The translations under genes and the position numbers were made by a program. A DNA stretch of 64,000 nt from Flaviaestuariibacter sp. (GTDB lineage Bacteria; Bacteroidota; Bacteroidia; Chitinophagales; Chitinophagaceae): contig JAOQAI010000015.1 in NCBI GenBank assembly GCA_025963645.1, positions 137,827 to 201,826 of the forward strand, given 5' to 3'. Under the pieces are notes generated by a model that worked only from the letters and a program-made list of their open reading frames with translations, searched no databases and was not told where the DNA came from. Shown here one piece after another: positions 8,744-19,384 of the stretch. Positions within the stretch are counted from its first letter, which is position 1. Every line of letters starts with the position of its first letter.

Positions 8744-11700
8744 ATGAAAAGGTTATTTAAATACTTGGTGTTAGTTGTGTTGTTACTTGGCGTAACACAT
8801 GTTTCCAAAGCCCAACTTTCTATAAGCGGACCGACTTGCGTGGACGCCGGGCTTACGTATCAGTATACGGCAAGCGGTGCTGTGGCGGGTACCCGGACAT
8901 GGTGTATCACGAATGGTACCTTCGTTGGCATTAGCGGTTCATGTGTTTCTGCGGTAAAAAATTTAACCTCTGTAGAAGTGGTGTGGAGTGGAACAGCGAC
9001 TAGTGGCACCCTTTCATTTTCGAACGGCGGCTTTACCACGACGATCACCGTCACTATGACCCAACCCTTGGATGGTGGAGCAATCAGCCAAGGCCAAGGT
9101 CAAACTATCACTTATAACACAACACCTGGCACAATACAATGTAGTCCTTATTCTGGCGGGGAGTGTGGGTCAACTTTCAGCTATTTGTGGCAGCAATCAT
9201 CAGACAATATAAACTGGAGCTATGTTTCCGGGGAAACCTCTCAAAATTTATCCTTTTCAGCACCTATCACCCAATCAACTTATTACCGCAGACGCGTTCA
9301 AGAAGCCAATAGTACTTATCAGGCAAATGCTTATTCAAACTCCATTTTAGTGACTGTGATGCCGCAGCTTGCCGGTGGTATGCTTTCACCTGCCTCACAA
9401 ACGATAGCACACGGCAACGTTCCCCAGGCAATGACTTCTTCAAGCAGTCTTTCCGGAAATTGCAATGGCAGTTACACCTACCAATGGGAGAGTTCCCCGG
9501 ATGGCACTACGTTTACCGCCATAAGTGGAGCTACTGCTTTGTCCTATACACCCGGGTCACTAACCGCTACTACTCATTACAGGCGGAAAGTTTTTTGCGG
9601 GAGTGAGCAAGCATACTCCAATGCTGTAATTGTTACTGTAATGCCTGCTTTAGTCGGAGGTACAATTTCTCCCGCTTCGCAAACCATTACGTATGGTACT
9701 GTTCCACAGACAATTACCCCAACCGGGAGCTTGCAGGGTAATTGCGGAAGCAACTATGCTTATCAGTGGGAGAGTTCCTTGGATGGTACTACATTCACCG
9801 CCATTAGCGGTGCCGCATCTTTAGCCTACACACCGGGTGCGTTAACTGTTACCACGCATTACCGCAGGAAGGTGACTTGTGCGAGTGAGCAGGCTTATTC
9901 AAATACCGTACTGATTACTGTAATGCCTGCTTTGAGTGGTGGAACTCTTTTGCCAGCCACGCAGACAATAACTTATGGAGCCATTCCACAAGAAATGACT
10001 GCGTCTGGCAGTCTCAATGGTAATTGTGGCGGCAACTATTCCTACCAGTGGGAAAGTTCGTCGGATGGAAGCAATTTTACAGCTATCAGCGGGGCGGCGG
10101 CACCATCTTTTACTCCGGGAGCACTTACCGCTACAACCTATTACCGAAGAAAGGTAACCTGCGGTAGCGAACAGGCTTATTCCGGTGTCGCGACCATAAC
10201 CGTAATGCCGCAGCTGGTTAGCGGGGTGCTTTCGCCAGCTTCGCAATCAATCACTTATAATACAGTGCCTCAGACGCTTGGTTCTTCGGGTAACACCGGC
10301 GGCAACTGTAGTAGTAATTACAGTTATCAGTGGGAAAGCTCTGCGGACGGCAGCAACTTTACTACTATAGGGGGTGCTGTTGGAGCTTCTTATTCCCCTG
10401 CTGCTCTTACTTCTACAACACACTTTAGAAGAAAGATAACTTGTGGCACTGAAGTAGCTTATTCTGCTACCGTAGTGGTGTCGGTTATGCCTGCATTAAC
10501 CGGTGGAAGTCTTTCACCATCTGCACAGACGATTACGTATAACACAGCGCCGCAGTCAATGAGCTCGGCCGGTGGTTTAAATGGCAACTGTGGTGGGGGG
10601 TATAGTTACCAGTGGGAAAGTTCGCTAAACGGCACCAGCTTTTCACCAATCAGTGGGGCTACAGGTTTGTTCTATGCACCAGGAGCCCTTACAGCGAATA
10701 CGCATTTCAGACGAATGGTTACTTGCGGCACAGAACAAGCTTATTCAAATAGTGTACTGGTAACGGTAGCGCCCCAACTAACCGGAGGTACAATATCTCC
10801 TTCGTCTCAAAGTGTTTCTCCGGGAGGCACTTCGCAAACCCTATCCTCTGGTGGCGGGCTTGGAGGAAATTGCGGTAGTAGTTATAGCTATCAATGGGAG
10901 AGCTCCGGTAACGGCACCAACTTCTCCGCAATCCCGGGTGCAACATCGGCGTCTTTTACCCCTTCTTCACTTTCTGGCACAACTTATTTTAGGCGTTTCG
11001 TTACTTGTGGAAGTGAGCAGGCTTATTCCAATAACAGCATTGTCAATTATGCTGCTCCTGCGCTCACCCCCGGCTCTTTCTCTGTGTCTTCCATCACCAT
11101 TGCGTTAGGGGATACCATCACACTGCTTAGTCCGGGTGCAGCGTCAGGTGGTAATTGTAGCGGAGCTTATCAATATAGCTGGCAGTATTCGTACGACAAT
11201 AGTGATTTTGAAGACGTATTTGAAGCAACCGGGGCCTCCCTGTTATGGGGCTCTACTATTGAAAAGGATATTTACATCAGGCGTAAAGTCCTCTGCGGTA
11301 CTGATTCTGCATATACTTCTGTCTTTAGTATTCTGATAGCTCCACCACTGTCTGCCGGGGTGATCACCACAGCTTCCCAGACAGTACAGCAAGGGTTTGT
11401 TCCTTCTGCAATACAAGCCACTGCCGCCTCACAATGTAGCAGTTCAATCGTATATGAATGGCAGGTGTCTAATGATGGATATAGCTATGCGATTCTACAA
11501 GGCGCTACCGGACAGAACCTTACTTATTCAAGTGCATTAACTCAAAACACTTACTTTAGAAGAAAGGCAAGTTGCGGAGATGAAAAGAAATTCACCCGAC
11601 CACTTCTTTTTTCTGTGCAGATGCCGGCACCCGACACAACCTATGTACCCACTTCACTCGATGTAGTGCTTGATTCGGTAGGAATTAACATCCACACACT

Positions 11701-14700
11701 CTTTCAGATTCCCAATGACAGTATTGCGAACAATCGTACGCCGAGGGATACTGCCTGGTTTCACTTAGATGATCAAACTTCCCTCACTCATTCTCTCAAC
11801 CAGTTGGAGGTGCAACAATTAGATATCAATGCCTCGCAATTGGCCGATTCTGCGCAAAAATTGGATAGTGTTGATTTGCTTTTGATAAAATTTAGTGCAG
11901 GTGGAGCGGGAAGTGACAGTGCGATAGCTCCGGCGACTTTTATGGATGATAACTTGGTGCAGCTTTACCGTTCTTCAGGAAATTTTGCTGCACTTGACTC
12001 CATAATCTCTTCGGAGCCGAAAGTCTCGTTTGAAGAGATAGCAGCAGTTCTCAATGAAACACTTCCCTCTAATTCGCCTTTTAAAAGGGTGAATGCTGTA
12101 TCGTACGTTGATTCTTTGGTTCAACCGGAACAGTCTTACATTATTCAGGGTGAACCGATCGTAAATAGAACCGGAACATTCCGTTATAGTTTTACAGGAA
12201 GCGGTTTAAGCAACTCAGGTGTGTTTTGGGTTGTAAAAGGGGGAAACATATTAGCTCAAAATGCGAATCCAGCAACGGGGCTTGTATATGCCGATGTACA
12301 ATGGGTATCGTCTTTCGACGTGCCATATATAGCGCTATTAGACTTGTCATCAGCACGATTCGGGATTACCAGTGTCGTATTTAATTTAAAGCCCTGCTTT
12401 ATTTTGCCAGCGGTTCAGAATGTAGCAATAGGCCAAGTGCCACAATCATTGACTGCTTCTACCTGCACAAATGTGACTGGAACTACAACAACCTACCAAT
12501 GGCAAGTCCTTAGTGTATATGGTAATGGTTCCTGGACCGACATTTCCGGGGCCACACAAGGTACATACCAGCCACCGGCATTAAATAATGTTTGGCTTAT
12601 GTATCGCAGAATTACTAAGGTCTATAATAGCTTGGGAAGTCTTCTTGGAATGAATGCAAGTTCAGCGGCAAGTGTTTTGGTAAAGCCAATAGTGAACCGG
12701 GTTGCTACAACCTCAAACTATGTTCCCAGAGGCTCGTCCCCATCTGTGAGTAGTGATATTCCAAGTGGCGGACTGATTGGTTTGTCAGGAACCACCACTA
12801 CTTACACATGGCAAGTAAGCTATGACGGTAGTAATTGGTGGTCCATCAACGGGAGTAGCGCTACATTTCCTGGTTACACTATTCTACAGAACAATACAAA
12901 GATCCGACGTTGGGTTCAAGTCACCGGCGGCCCTACGAACGGCATTTCCGAGACCCTCTGGTCTACTTATTCCAATGTGCTCGAATTTACCACGCAGTAC
13001 CAGACCGCAGATTACGAAAACAGGAACTACATCCGGGAGCATGTCGTACTCACCAGAGGAGTAGATACCTGGGAAGCGGCTGATGTTCTTGCTATTGATA
13101 AGAAGGCACAAACCACGACCTATCTGGATGGACTCAGCCGCCCGGTTCAAAAAGTTGGGAAGGGTACACATTACAATGAGCAAACCGGGCAGTGGTGGGA
13201 TATGGTACAAAACATTGACTATCAGGCAGGCGGGCAGGTTACAAAATCTCTGTTACCTTACCCTTCAACTGAAAACCTAGGGAAGTTCAAAAGCAATGCA
13301 GCAACTGATCAAATAGCCTACTATACTTCGAATTTCAGCGATGTCAATGCATTTGCAAAAGTGGAATATGATGGCAGCCCTTTAAACAGAGTGAAGAAAG
13401 CATTTTCGCCTGGGGATAGCTGGGGCGGAAGCAACAAAGGAGTAGCAGGTGACGTAGAACCTTACACTACATCAGAAGGGGTAAAACGTCTTACAATCGG
13501 ATTCAATGCCGGTGACTTACCGCAGGTAAAGCCTGCCTACCCGTCGCTTTGGCTGACTAAATATGTAGGAAAGGATGAAAAAGATAAAAGAGTAATTACG
13601 TATACAGATAAAAGCGGTCAGGTAATTTTAAAAAAAGTACAACTGGCTGATGACGTTAACTTGACACCTACCCAAGGCTGGCTGAGCACGTATTATGTGT
13701 ATGATGACCTGGGGCAGTTACGGGTGACGATTACTCCAAAGGCAGTGACTGAACTCAATGCCGCCAATTGGGTCATCTCCTCTCAAATCATTGAAGACCT
13801 CTGCTTCACCTATCAATATGATGAACTTGGACGCACGGTTGCCAAGAAAACACCTGGTAAAGCGATCGAGTATTTTGTATATGACAAACGAGACCGGTTG
13901 GTTCTGTCACAAGATGGAAATGGAAGGGGGAAAACCATCCCAGAATGGCATGCTACATTATATGATGAATATAATAGGATTGTTGCGACGGGTTTATACA
14001 AGACCACAAAAACATTAGCACTGCTTAAAGCGGATGCAGAAGTTGGAACGTGGGCGTCCATAAACGAAGGCTGGGTCCAGATAAATAATAGCCCCATTGA
14101 CTATAATGCGATCAACAATCCTAACTCCTTTACTCCCCTTGGCTTTTCTTATTATGATAATAAGTATTTCCAGGAAATGCGAACTTTTGTTTCGACTGAG
14201 CTTTCTTATAAGGGGGGTGATGTGGAAGATCATACTATTATAACACAACGGGTTATGGGTATGGCAACCGGATCTAAAGTGAGAGTTATGAAAGACGGCA
14301 CGCCTCAATACCTATCAAGTACAGTTTTTTATGATGAAGAAGGGCGGGTAGTTCAAACGCAAGGGGACAATATTGCGGGAGGCGTTGACATAAGTTCCAC
14401 GCAATATCATTTCGACGGGCGGGTCCTAAGTAACCTGGAAACCCATAACAACCCACTCTCACCCTATACAACCGTACCCATTCTAACCAAATACAAGTTT
14501 GATAAAACGGGAAGGGTAAAAGGTCTATTGAAAAAGATCGCATCTGATGGCCGATCTTATACAAGCACGACAGAAAATGGTGCTACTGATGAAGATGAGG
14601 ATGCTGGGTATAAATCTATCGCTTCTTACAGTTATAACGAGCTGGGAAGACGAACCAAAAAAGTGTTGTCACCGCTCTTTAATAATGGACTAGGGCTAGA

Positions 14701-17659
14701 GACCTTAAATTATGATTACAACATCCGCGGTTGGCTTACAGGCATTAATAAAGGCTATGTGCTAGGCGAAGCGGGCAGTAATCAATGGTCGCACTACTTT
14801 GGTCTGTACCTGGGATACGATAATAAGAATAACGAATGGGCTGCGGCACAACTAAATGGACAAATCACCGGGCTTCAGTGGCGTAGCCAAGGCGATAATA
14901 TTCGGAGGAAGTACGAGTTTCAATATGACAATGCCAACCGCTTAAAGCAAGCGAATTTCAGCCAGGAAGTTGAGTTTGAGCCGAACTCCTTCAGTAACCA
15001 GGTCATGGACTTCAGCGTGAAGGATATAAGCTATGACGATAATGGCAATTTGCTCTCCATGAAGCAAATGGGCATTTTGCCTGGCGCTGCTACTCCGGTT
15101 CTGATCGATAATCTTTCTTACCAGTATGCGGTGAAAAGTAACCGCTTGTTGAAGGTTACTGATGCAGGTGCTTTAGGTGCGGAAAATGGTAAACTGGGTG
15201 ATTTTAAAAAGGGTAACACCACCACCGACAATGATTATAGTTATGATACTAATGGAAATATAGTAGTAGATAAAAACAGGGGTATTGCCAGCATCGTGTA
15301 TAATTACCTGGATAAGCCTGAGCAAATTAATCTGACCCGAACTGTCGGTACTGCGACGGTGACCAATACCATCAAGTATATTTATGCGGGAGGCACCAAA
15401 GTCCAAAAAGTAATTACGGATAATTCAGCGGTGCCCGGTGGCGGTGTGGTTAGAATTACCACCACCAGCTACATAGGCGCTTTTGTGTATGAACAGGTAA
15501 CCACTGGTGCGAACGCAGCTGCGGAGACGCTTCAATCCATTGCCCACGAGGAAGGGCGCATTCGAATTATTACTCCTCACAATATCGATCCGGCTAATGT
15601 ACTTACCGGAGGTGGCTTTTTAAACCTGCCTGATGGTAAAGAAGGCGTATATGATTATTTTATAAAAGATCACTTAGGTAACGTACGAACCACGATTACC
15701 GAGGAGATCAACAAGGCTTCGATGGTGCTGACCATGGAAACTACCAATACAGCTATAAAACAGCAGGAGGAAGCAGTATTTGGTAACCCGGCTCCCAATA
15801 ACGAAGTGGTGGCTACCCGGGTGGCAAAAAGCGATGCTGCGGGCTGGAACTCCAATACGTCAGCTGAAGTGAGTAAGCTTGTATCCACAAGCGGTTCAGC
15901 TAAAGTAGGTCCAAATGTCATTTTACGGGTAATGGCAGGTGACAAAGTTAGCGCTACTTCTAAATATTACTATTCTGCCAATCCTGGCAGCAGTAATGGC
16001 AGCACCGGTCTTAACGGGATGCTGACCAGTCTTATGCTTGCTTTAAGCGGCGATAAAGGCGGTGCCTTGGCACACGGGCAATCAGCGCAGATCAATACGA
16101 ATTTAAACAGCTCTGTAAGTCTTCAAAACCTCTATAATAGTCAACCAAACTCGGGCGTAACCGCAGCTCCAAAGTCTTACCTGAACTATATCTTCTTTGA
16201 TGAGAATTTTAATTTTGTTTCCCAGAACAGCGGTTTTCATCGAGTGTCGCAGGCGGGTGATGGAGCGTCGGCACTCTTAATGACAGAGGTGAAAGCACCA
16301 AAGAACGGGTATGTATATGTGTACCTCTCTAACGAAAGTAGCACACCTGTTTACTTTGATGACTTCTCCGTGTCGCATAATCGTAGTGCGCTAATCGGCG
16401 AAGATCATTATTACTCCTTTGGGCTTAAGATTGCAGCCATTTCATCAAAGGCAGTGGCTACTTCGCTGAATGCAAAGCTGCCTACTTATGGTTATCAGGG
16501 TGCCTTTTCCGAGGAGGTAAGCGACTTTGAGCTAAACTATAATGAGTTTGATCTACGCACATACGATCCACAAATAGGACGCTGGACAGGCATTGACCCC
16601 TACGATGAATTTGCATCGCCATATACTGGTATGGGTAATGATCCTATCAGCAACGTTGATCCAACAGGTGGCTTCATTGGTGGGGCGCTTAAGGGGCTGT
16701 TCAGTGGTGCTGTAAAAGGAATGGGCTGTTGGGCCCCAGGGGCAGCAAGTGCTGGTATATCAGCAGGAACAAGTACGCTTGCATCAGTCCTCAGTGGTGC
16801 AGCTGCTTCTTTTTCCGTAGCAGGAGCGATTCAGGCTTCTGGCATATATCAAAGTGGTGCAGGGCTTTCTGAGGGTGTAGGTGGAAGCAATGTAACAGGC
16901 GGGGCTACAAATACCACTACTGCTGAGGGAAATAATATTAATACAACTGAGTCAATTAATCAGCAATTAAATGATGAATCTGGCGCAAAGGCCGGAGACT
17001 TACCAGATGAAAATACTATTAATGGTGCGCCACAAGAATACTGGATATTGTATAATGGAAAACAAGTTATAACTTATAAAGGTACTTATGGTGATGTCTC
17101 GAAATCTGTATTAATAAAAATTTATGGTGGGACTTCCGGGGCTCCTTATAAACAAAATGCTTTGTTTGTCGATAAAGTTGACGAAGGACCTGTTCCAGAA
17201 GGTGACTACTCTGTTAATTTAACTTTTGATTTTACTCGCAAAACGAAAGTCGATCCAAAGACTGGCGATCCAATAGAAAATCGGGGAGTTGAAGTTATAC
17301 CTTGGGGAAATGGAGCATATTATTCAGGTTGGGGGTTATGGCGTGCACGATTAGAAAAGGTTAATGTTAATTCAACTAGAGACAATTTTTACTTTCATGA
17401 TTCGTATAAGGGTGAATCTCATGGCTGTATTGAGACAGAAACAGAACTATATTATGATTTTGCGAAGTATAAAAAGTTAGGACAAAGGTCAATAAAGGTA
17501 AAGGTTGATTATCCACAAAATGCTAATGGTAATGCCCCAACTCGCGGCAATACATTCAGAGACCCTCGTCCTTGGGAATACCGGAAAAGAAAGGATGAAC
17601 GTGGGAATTTTTGGCCTGAGCCTAAACCTGGCGCTTTCCCAAATAGAAAAAGACTATAA
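8744..17659 (+). CDS. rhs: Rhs polymorphic toxin: signal peptide, Ig-like repeats, DUF6443-like region, RHS core, Tlde1/DUF2778-like tip
   Basis: YLDGLSRPVQ, YD repeats, KDHLGNVR, RTYDPQIGRW..DP..NDPISNVDPTG core end; tip with GPVPEGDY and FHDS..SHGCIE. Confidence 0.95.
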   Translation: MKRLFKYLVLVVLLLGVTHVSKAQLSISGPTCVDAGLTYQYTASGAVAGTRTWCITNGTFVGISGSCVSAVKNLTSVEVVWSGTATSGTLSFSNGGFTTTITVTMTQPLDGGAISQGQGQTITYNTTPGTIQCSPYSGGECGSTFSYLWQQSSDNINWSYVSGETSQNLSFSAPITQSTYYRRRVQEANSTYQANAYSNSILVTVMPQLAGGMLSPASQTIAHGNVPQAMTSSSSLSGNCNGSYTYQWESSPDGTTFTAISGATALSYTPGSLTATTHYRRKVFCGSEQAYSNAVIVTVMPALVGGTISPASQTITYGTVPQTITPTGSLQGNCGSNYAYQWESSLDGTTFTAISGAASLAYTPGALTVTTHYRRKVTCASEQAYSNTVLITVMPALSGGTLLPATQTITYGAIPQEMTASGSLNGNCGGNYSYQWESSSDGSNFTAISGAAAPSFTPGALTATTYYRRKVTCGSEQAYSGVATITVMPQLVSGVLSPASQSITYNTVPQTLGSSGNTGGNCSSNYSYQWESSADGSNFTTIGGAVGASYSPAALTSTTHFRRKITCGTEVAYSATVVVSVMPALTGGSLSPSAQTITYNTAPQSMSSAGGLNGNCGGGYSYQWESSLNGTSFSPISGATGLFYAPGALTANTHFRRMVTCGTEQAYSNSVLVTVAPQLTGGTISPSSQSVSPGGTSQTLSSGGGLGGNCGSSYSYQWESSGNGTNFSAIPGATSASFTPSSLSGTTYFRRFVTCGSEQAYSNNSIVNYAAPALTPGSFSVSSITIALGDTITLLSPGAASGGNCSGAYQYSWQYSYDNSDFEDVFEATGASLLWGSTIEKDIYIRRKVLCGTDSAYTSVFSILIAPPLSAGVITTASQTVQQGFVPSAIQATAASQCSSSIVYEWQVSNDGYSYAILQGATGQNLTYSSALTQNTYFRRKASCGDEKKFTRPLLFSVQMPAPDTTYVPTSLDVVLDSVGINIHTLFQIPNDSIANNRTPRDTAWFHLDDQTSLTHSLNQLEVQQLDINASQLADSAQKLDSVDLLLIKFSAGGAGSDSAIAPATFMDDNLVQLYRSSGNFAALDSIISSEPKVSFEEIAAVLNETLPSNSPFKRVNAVSYVDSLVQPEQSYIIQGEPIVNRTGTFRYSFTGSGLSNSGVFWVVKGGNILAQNANPATGLVYADVQWVSSFDVPYIALLDLSSARFGITSVVFNLKPCFILPAVQNVAIGQVPQSLTASTCTNVTGTTTTYQWQVLSVYGNGSWTDISGATQGTYQPPALNNVWLMYRRITKVYNSLGSLLGMNASSAASVLVKPIVNRVATTSNYVPRGSSPSVSSDIPSGGLIGLSGTTTTYTWQVSYDGSNWWSINGSSATFPGYTILQNNTKIRRWVQVTGGPTNGISETLWSTYSNVLEFTTQYQTADYENRNYIREHVVLTRGVDTWEAADVLAIDKKAQTTTYLDGLSRPVQKVGKGTHYNEQTGQWWDMVQNIDYQAGGQVTKSLLPYPSTENLGKFKSNAATDQIAYYTSNFSDVNAFAKVEYDGSPLNRVKKAFSPGDSWGGSNKGVAGDVEPYTTSEGVKRLTIGFNAGDLPQVKPAYPSLWLTKYVGKDEKDKRVITYTDKSGQVILKKVQLADDVNLTPTQGWLSTYYVYDDLGQLRVTITPKAVTELNAANWVISSQIIEDLCFTYQYDELGRTVAKKTPGKAIEYFVYDKRDRLVLSQDGNGRGKTIPEWHATLYDEYNRIVATGLYKTTKTLALLKADAEVGTWASINEGWVQINNSPIDYNAINNPNSFTPLGFSYYDNKYFQEMRTFVSTELSYKGGDVEDHTIITQRVMGMATGSKVRVMKDGTPQYLSSTVFYDEEGRVVQTQGDNIAGGVDISSTQYHFDGRVLSNLETHNNPLSPYTTVPILTKYKFDKTGRVKGLLKKIASDGRSYTSTTENGATDEDEDAGYKSIASYSYNELGRRTKKVLSPLFNNGLGLETLNYDYNIRGWLTGINKGYVLGEAGSNQWSHYFGLYLGYDNKNNEWAAAQLNGQITGLQWRSQGDNIRRKYEFQYDNANRLKQANFSQEVEFEPNSFSNQVMDFSVKDISYDDNGNLLSMKQMGILPGAATPVLIDNLSYQYAVKSNRLLKVTDAGALGAENGKLGDFKKGNTTTDNDYSYDTNGNIVVDKNRGIASIVYNYLDKPEQINLTRTVGTATVTNTIKYIYAGGTKVQKVITDNSAVPGGGVVRITTTSYIGAFVYEQVTTGANAAAETLQSIAHEEGRIRIITPHNIDPANVLTGGGFLNLPDGKEGVYDYFIKDHLGNVRTTITEEINKASMVLTMETTNTAIKQQEEAVFGNPAPNNEVVATRVAKSDAAGWNSNTSAEVSKLVSTSGSAKVGPNVILRVMAGDKVSATSKYYYSANPGSSNGSTGLNGMLTSLMLALSGDKGGALAHGQSAQINTNLNSSVSLQNLYNSQPNSGVTAAPKSYLNYIFFDENFNFVSQNSGFHRVSQAGDGASALLMTEVKAPKNGYVYVYLSNESSTPVYFDDFSVSHNRSALIGEDHYYSFGLKIAAISSKAVATSLNAKLPTYGYQGAFSEEVSDFELNYNEFDLRTYDPQIGRWTGIDPYDEFASPYTGMGNDPISNVDPTGGFIGGALKGLFSGAVKGMGCWAPGAASAGISAGTSTLASVLSGAAASFSVAGAIQASGIYQSGAGLSEGVGGSNVTGGATNTTTAEGNNINTTESINQQLNDESGAKAGDLPDENTINGAPQEYWILYNGKQVITYKGTYGDVSKSVLIKIYGGTSGAPYKQNALFVDKVDEGPVPEGDYSVNLTFDFTRKTKVDPKTGDPIENRGVEVIPWGNGAYYSGWGLWRARLEKVNVNSTRDNFYFHDSYKGESHGCIETETELYYDFAKYKKLGQRSIKVKVDYPQNANGNAPTRGNTFRDPRPWEYRKRKDERGNFWPEPKPGAFPNRKRL
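9062..11615 (+). repeat. Nine tandem ~94-aa (282-bp) Ig-like repeats within Rhs
   Basis: Units start at 9359, 9641, 9923, 10205, 10487, 10769 (exact 282-bp period) plus more divergent flanking units; consensus C..YxYQWESSxDG..FTxIxGA..YRRxVxC. Confidence 0.95.
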
Positions 17660-17668
17660 CTTGTAACA

Positions 17669-18067
17669 ATGAAATACTTTTTGACTATTATATTATCTAT
17701 TTTTTTAAGTCATTCACCATGTATCAAACTAAATATTATTAATAATAAAAAGAATAATAAGGAAGTTTTTTTGAAGGTTATAAATTGTGGGAAAAAGAAA
17801 TTGTATTATACTATCGGATTGGAAGCTAAAGAAAATGGTAAATGGTCTCAAATTGTTTCAGATATTAATAGTCTTGGAAAAAATACCTTTTTATACTACA
17901 AACCATTAAGCGTCAATAAAACAGACATGGCAAATTTAAATTTAGAAAAGATGCCAAGTCAATATGAAGGAAAGATTGTATCGCTAAGGTTAGTATTAAT
18001 GTATCGGACCGATATAAATAAAGTGGGTAAAGTAAAATTTTATGAAATTGGTAGCCGCCAATTGTAA
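17669..18067 (+). CDS. Probable cognate immunity protein (exported)
   Basis: 9 bp after Rhs stop, AT-rich, N-terminal hydrophobic signal, fits a periplasm-acting toxin. Confidence 0.75.
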   Translation: MKYFLTIILSIFLSHSPCIKLNIINNKKNNKEVFLKVINCGKKKLYYTIGLEAKENGKWSQIVSDINSLGKNTFLYYKPLSVNKTDMANLNLEKMPSQYEGKIVSLRLVLMYRTDINKVGKVKFYEIGSRQL

Positions 18068-18094
18068 CTATTTTCTGTATGATTTGGAATGTAT

Positions 18095-19364
18095 AAAAGT
18101 AGTACTCTCATTAGCTAAGATTAATATCATTCCTTTTTTTAAAGATTGTAGCAACCTTCTTACAAAAGCAGTTGCTACATCCCTCAATGCAAACTGTCTA
18201 AATATGGCTACCAGGTAGCTTTTTTCAGAGGCAGTCACTTACTTCGAGCTCAATTATAATGAGTTTGATCTACGCACTTATGATCCGCAAATAGGTCGTT
18301 GGACGGGTGTTGATCCTTATGATGAATTCGCTTCGCCTTATGTGGGCATGGGAAATGATCCTATCAACAACGTGGACCCTACAGGAGGCTTTACTGCTGG
18401 GGTAATAACAAAGGGGTTGTTTCAAGGCTTAACTCAGGCAGGTAAATCAGGAGTTATGGCCCTTACTGGGGCAATTCTTGGCGCTGGTATCGATGCTATG
18501 ACTGGTGTGATGGGTTTAATGGTGCTATAATAGGTGCAACTCTTGGATTTGGCGCTTCTTTCCATGGGTGGAACTACATTACAAGTCGGTACACAGATAG
18601 CAAGCATATATGCAGTCAGCAGTGCTTTGGAAGCTATAAAGGACTTTAAGCCTAAAGATGAAACTCATGCAAAAAACAAAAATGGTAATGTAATATTATG
18701 GTTGAACTACGAAGGGTATGATGTTCGTGGTGATGAAATTGCTGCAAATTCTATCTTTGATGTTGTTGAAGTAACTAATGCTGCGAATTCTTATAATGCA
18801 ATTAGTGCTTATTTGAAAACTAATAAAGTATCCCTAAAAAATCTAGTTGTATGGTCCCATGGAAACAAAGATGGAATTGAAACCGCAAGCAGTGAGGGAT
18901 GGCTCGCTGGTGATGACACCGAAAATTATATAAATAAAGTCCCTCTTAGAGAAAAAGCATGTTTAGCTTTTATCGAAAATATGACAGCCCTAGCTAAGGA
19001 AATGGCCCCCGGAGGAAATTTTGTTTTTTTGGCTTGTAATGCTGGAAGTACAGGAAGTATAACAAAAGACTTCGCTACGATTTTCGCTAAAGCTGGAGTA
19101 AGCTCTTTAAATATCTATATGAATAAAGACGAGTCACTATATAAAGAAGATTTAGTTACTGCTAAAAATTCATCAGTAGGGGTTGTAACTCGTTGGATGC
19201 TTTTTGATAAACCTTTAAATTATACAAAAAACTGGTGGACTAGTTATAAGGGTAGGCAACAGAGAACGATAAATGGAAATAGGCACTATGGTGATGTTAT
19301 AAGGAAAAGCCTAGTGATTTCTTCTACTAATGCAGCTAACCCATTTAGCTTTAGAAATTTTTAA
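18095..19364 (+). pseudogene. Orphan Rhs C-terminal module: decayed core end plus alternative toxin tip
   Basis: ~18095-18390 is homologous to ~16380-16675 (YNEFDLRTYDPQIGRW..DPTGGF); indels and TAA TAG at 18528-18533; tip has VWSHG..FLACNAG. Confidence 0.9.
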
Positions 19365-19384
19365 AATAGAATAAGTTTACCTAT

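Noticed and set aside
9062-11615. Regular repeats as a possible CRISPR array
   Set aside because: 282-bp in-frame coding repeats with synonymous divergence; no spacers or cas genes
8860-15945. Many short alternate-frame and antisense ORFs inside Rhs and other long genes
   Set aside because: Shadow ORFs with no motifs, overlapping well-supported genes
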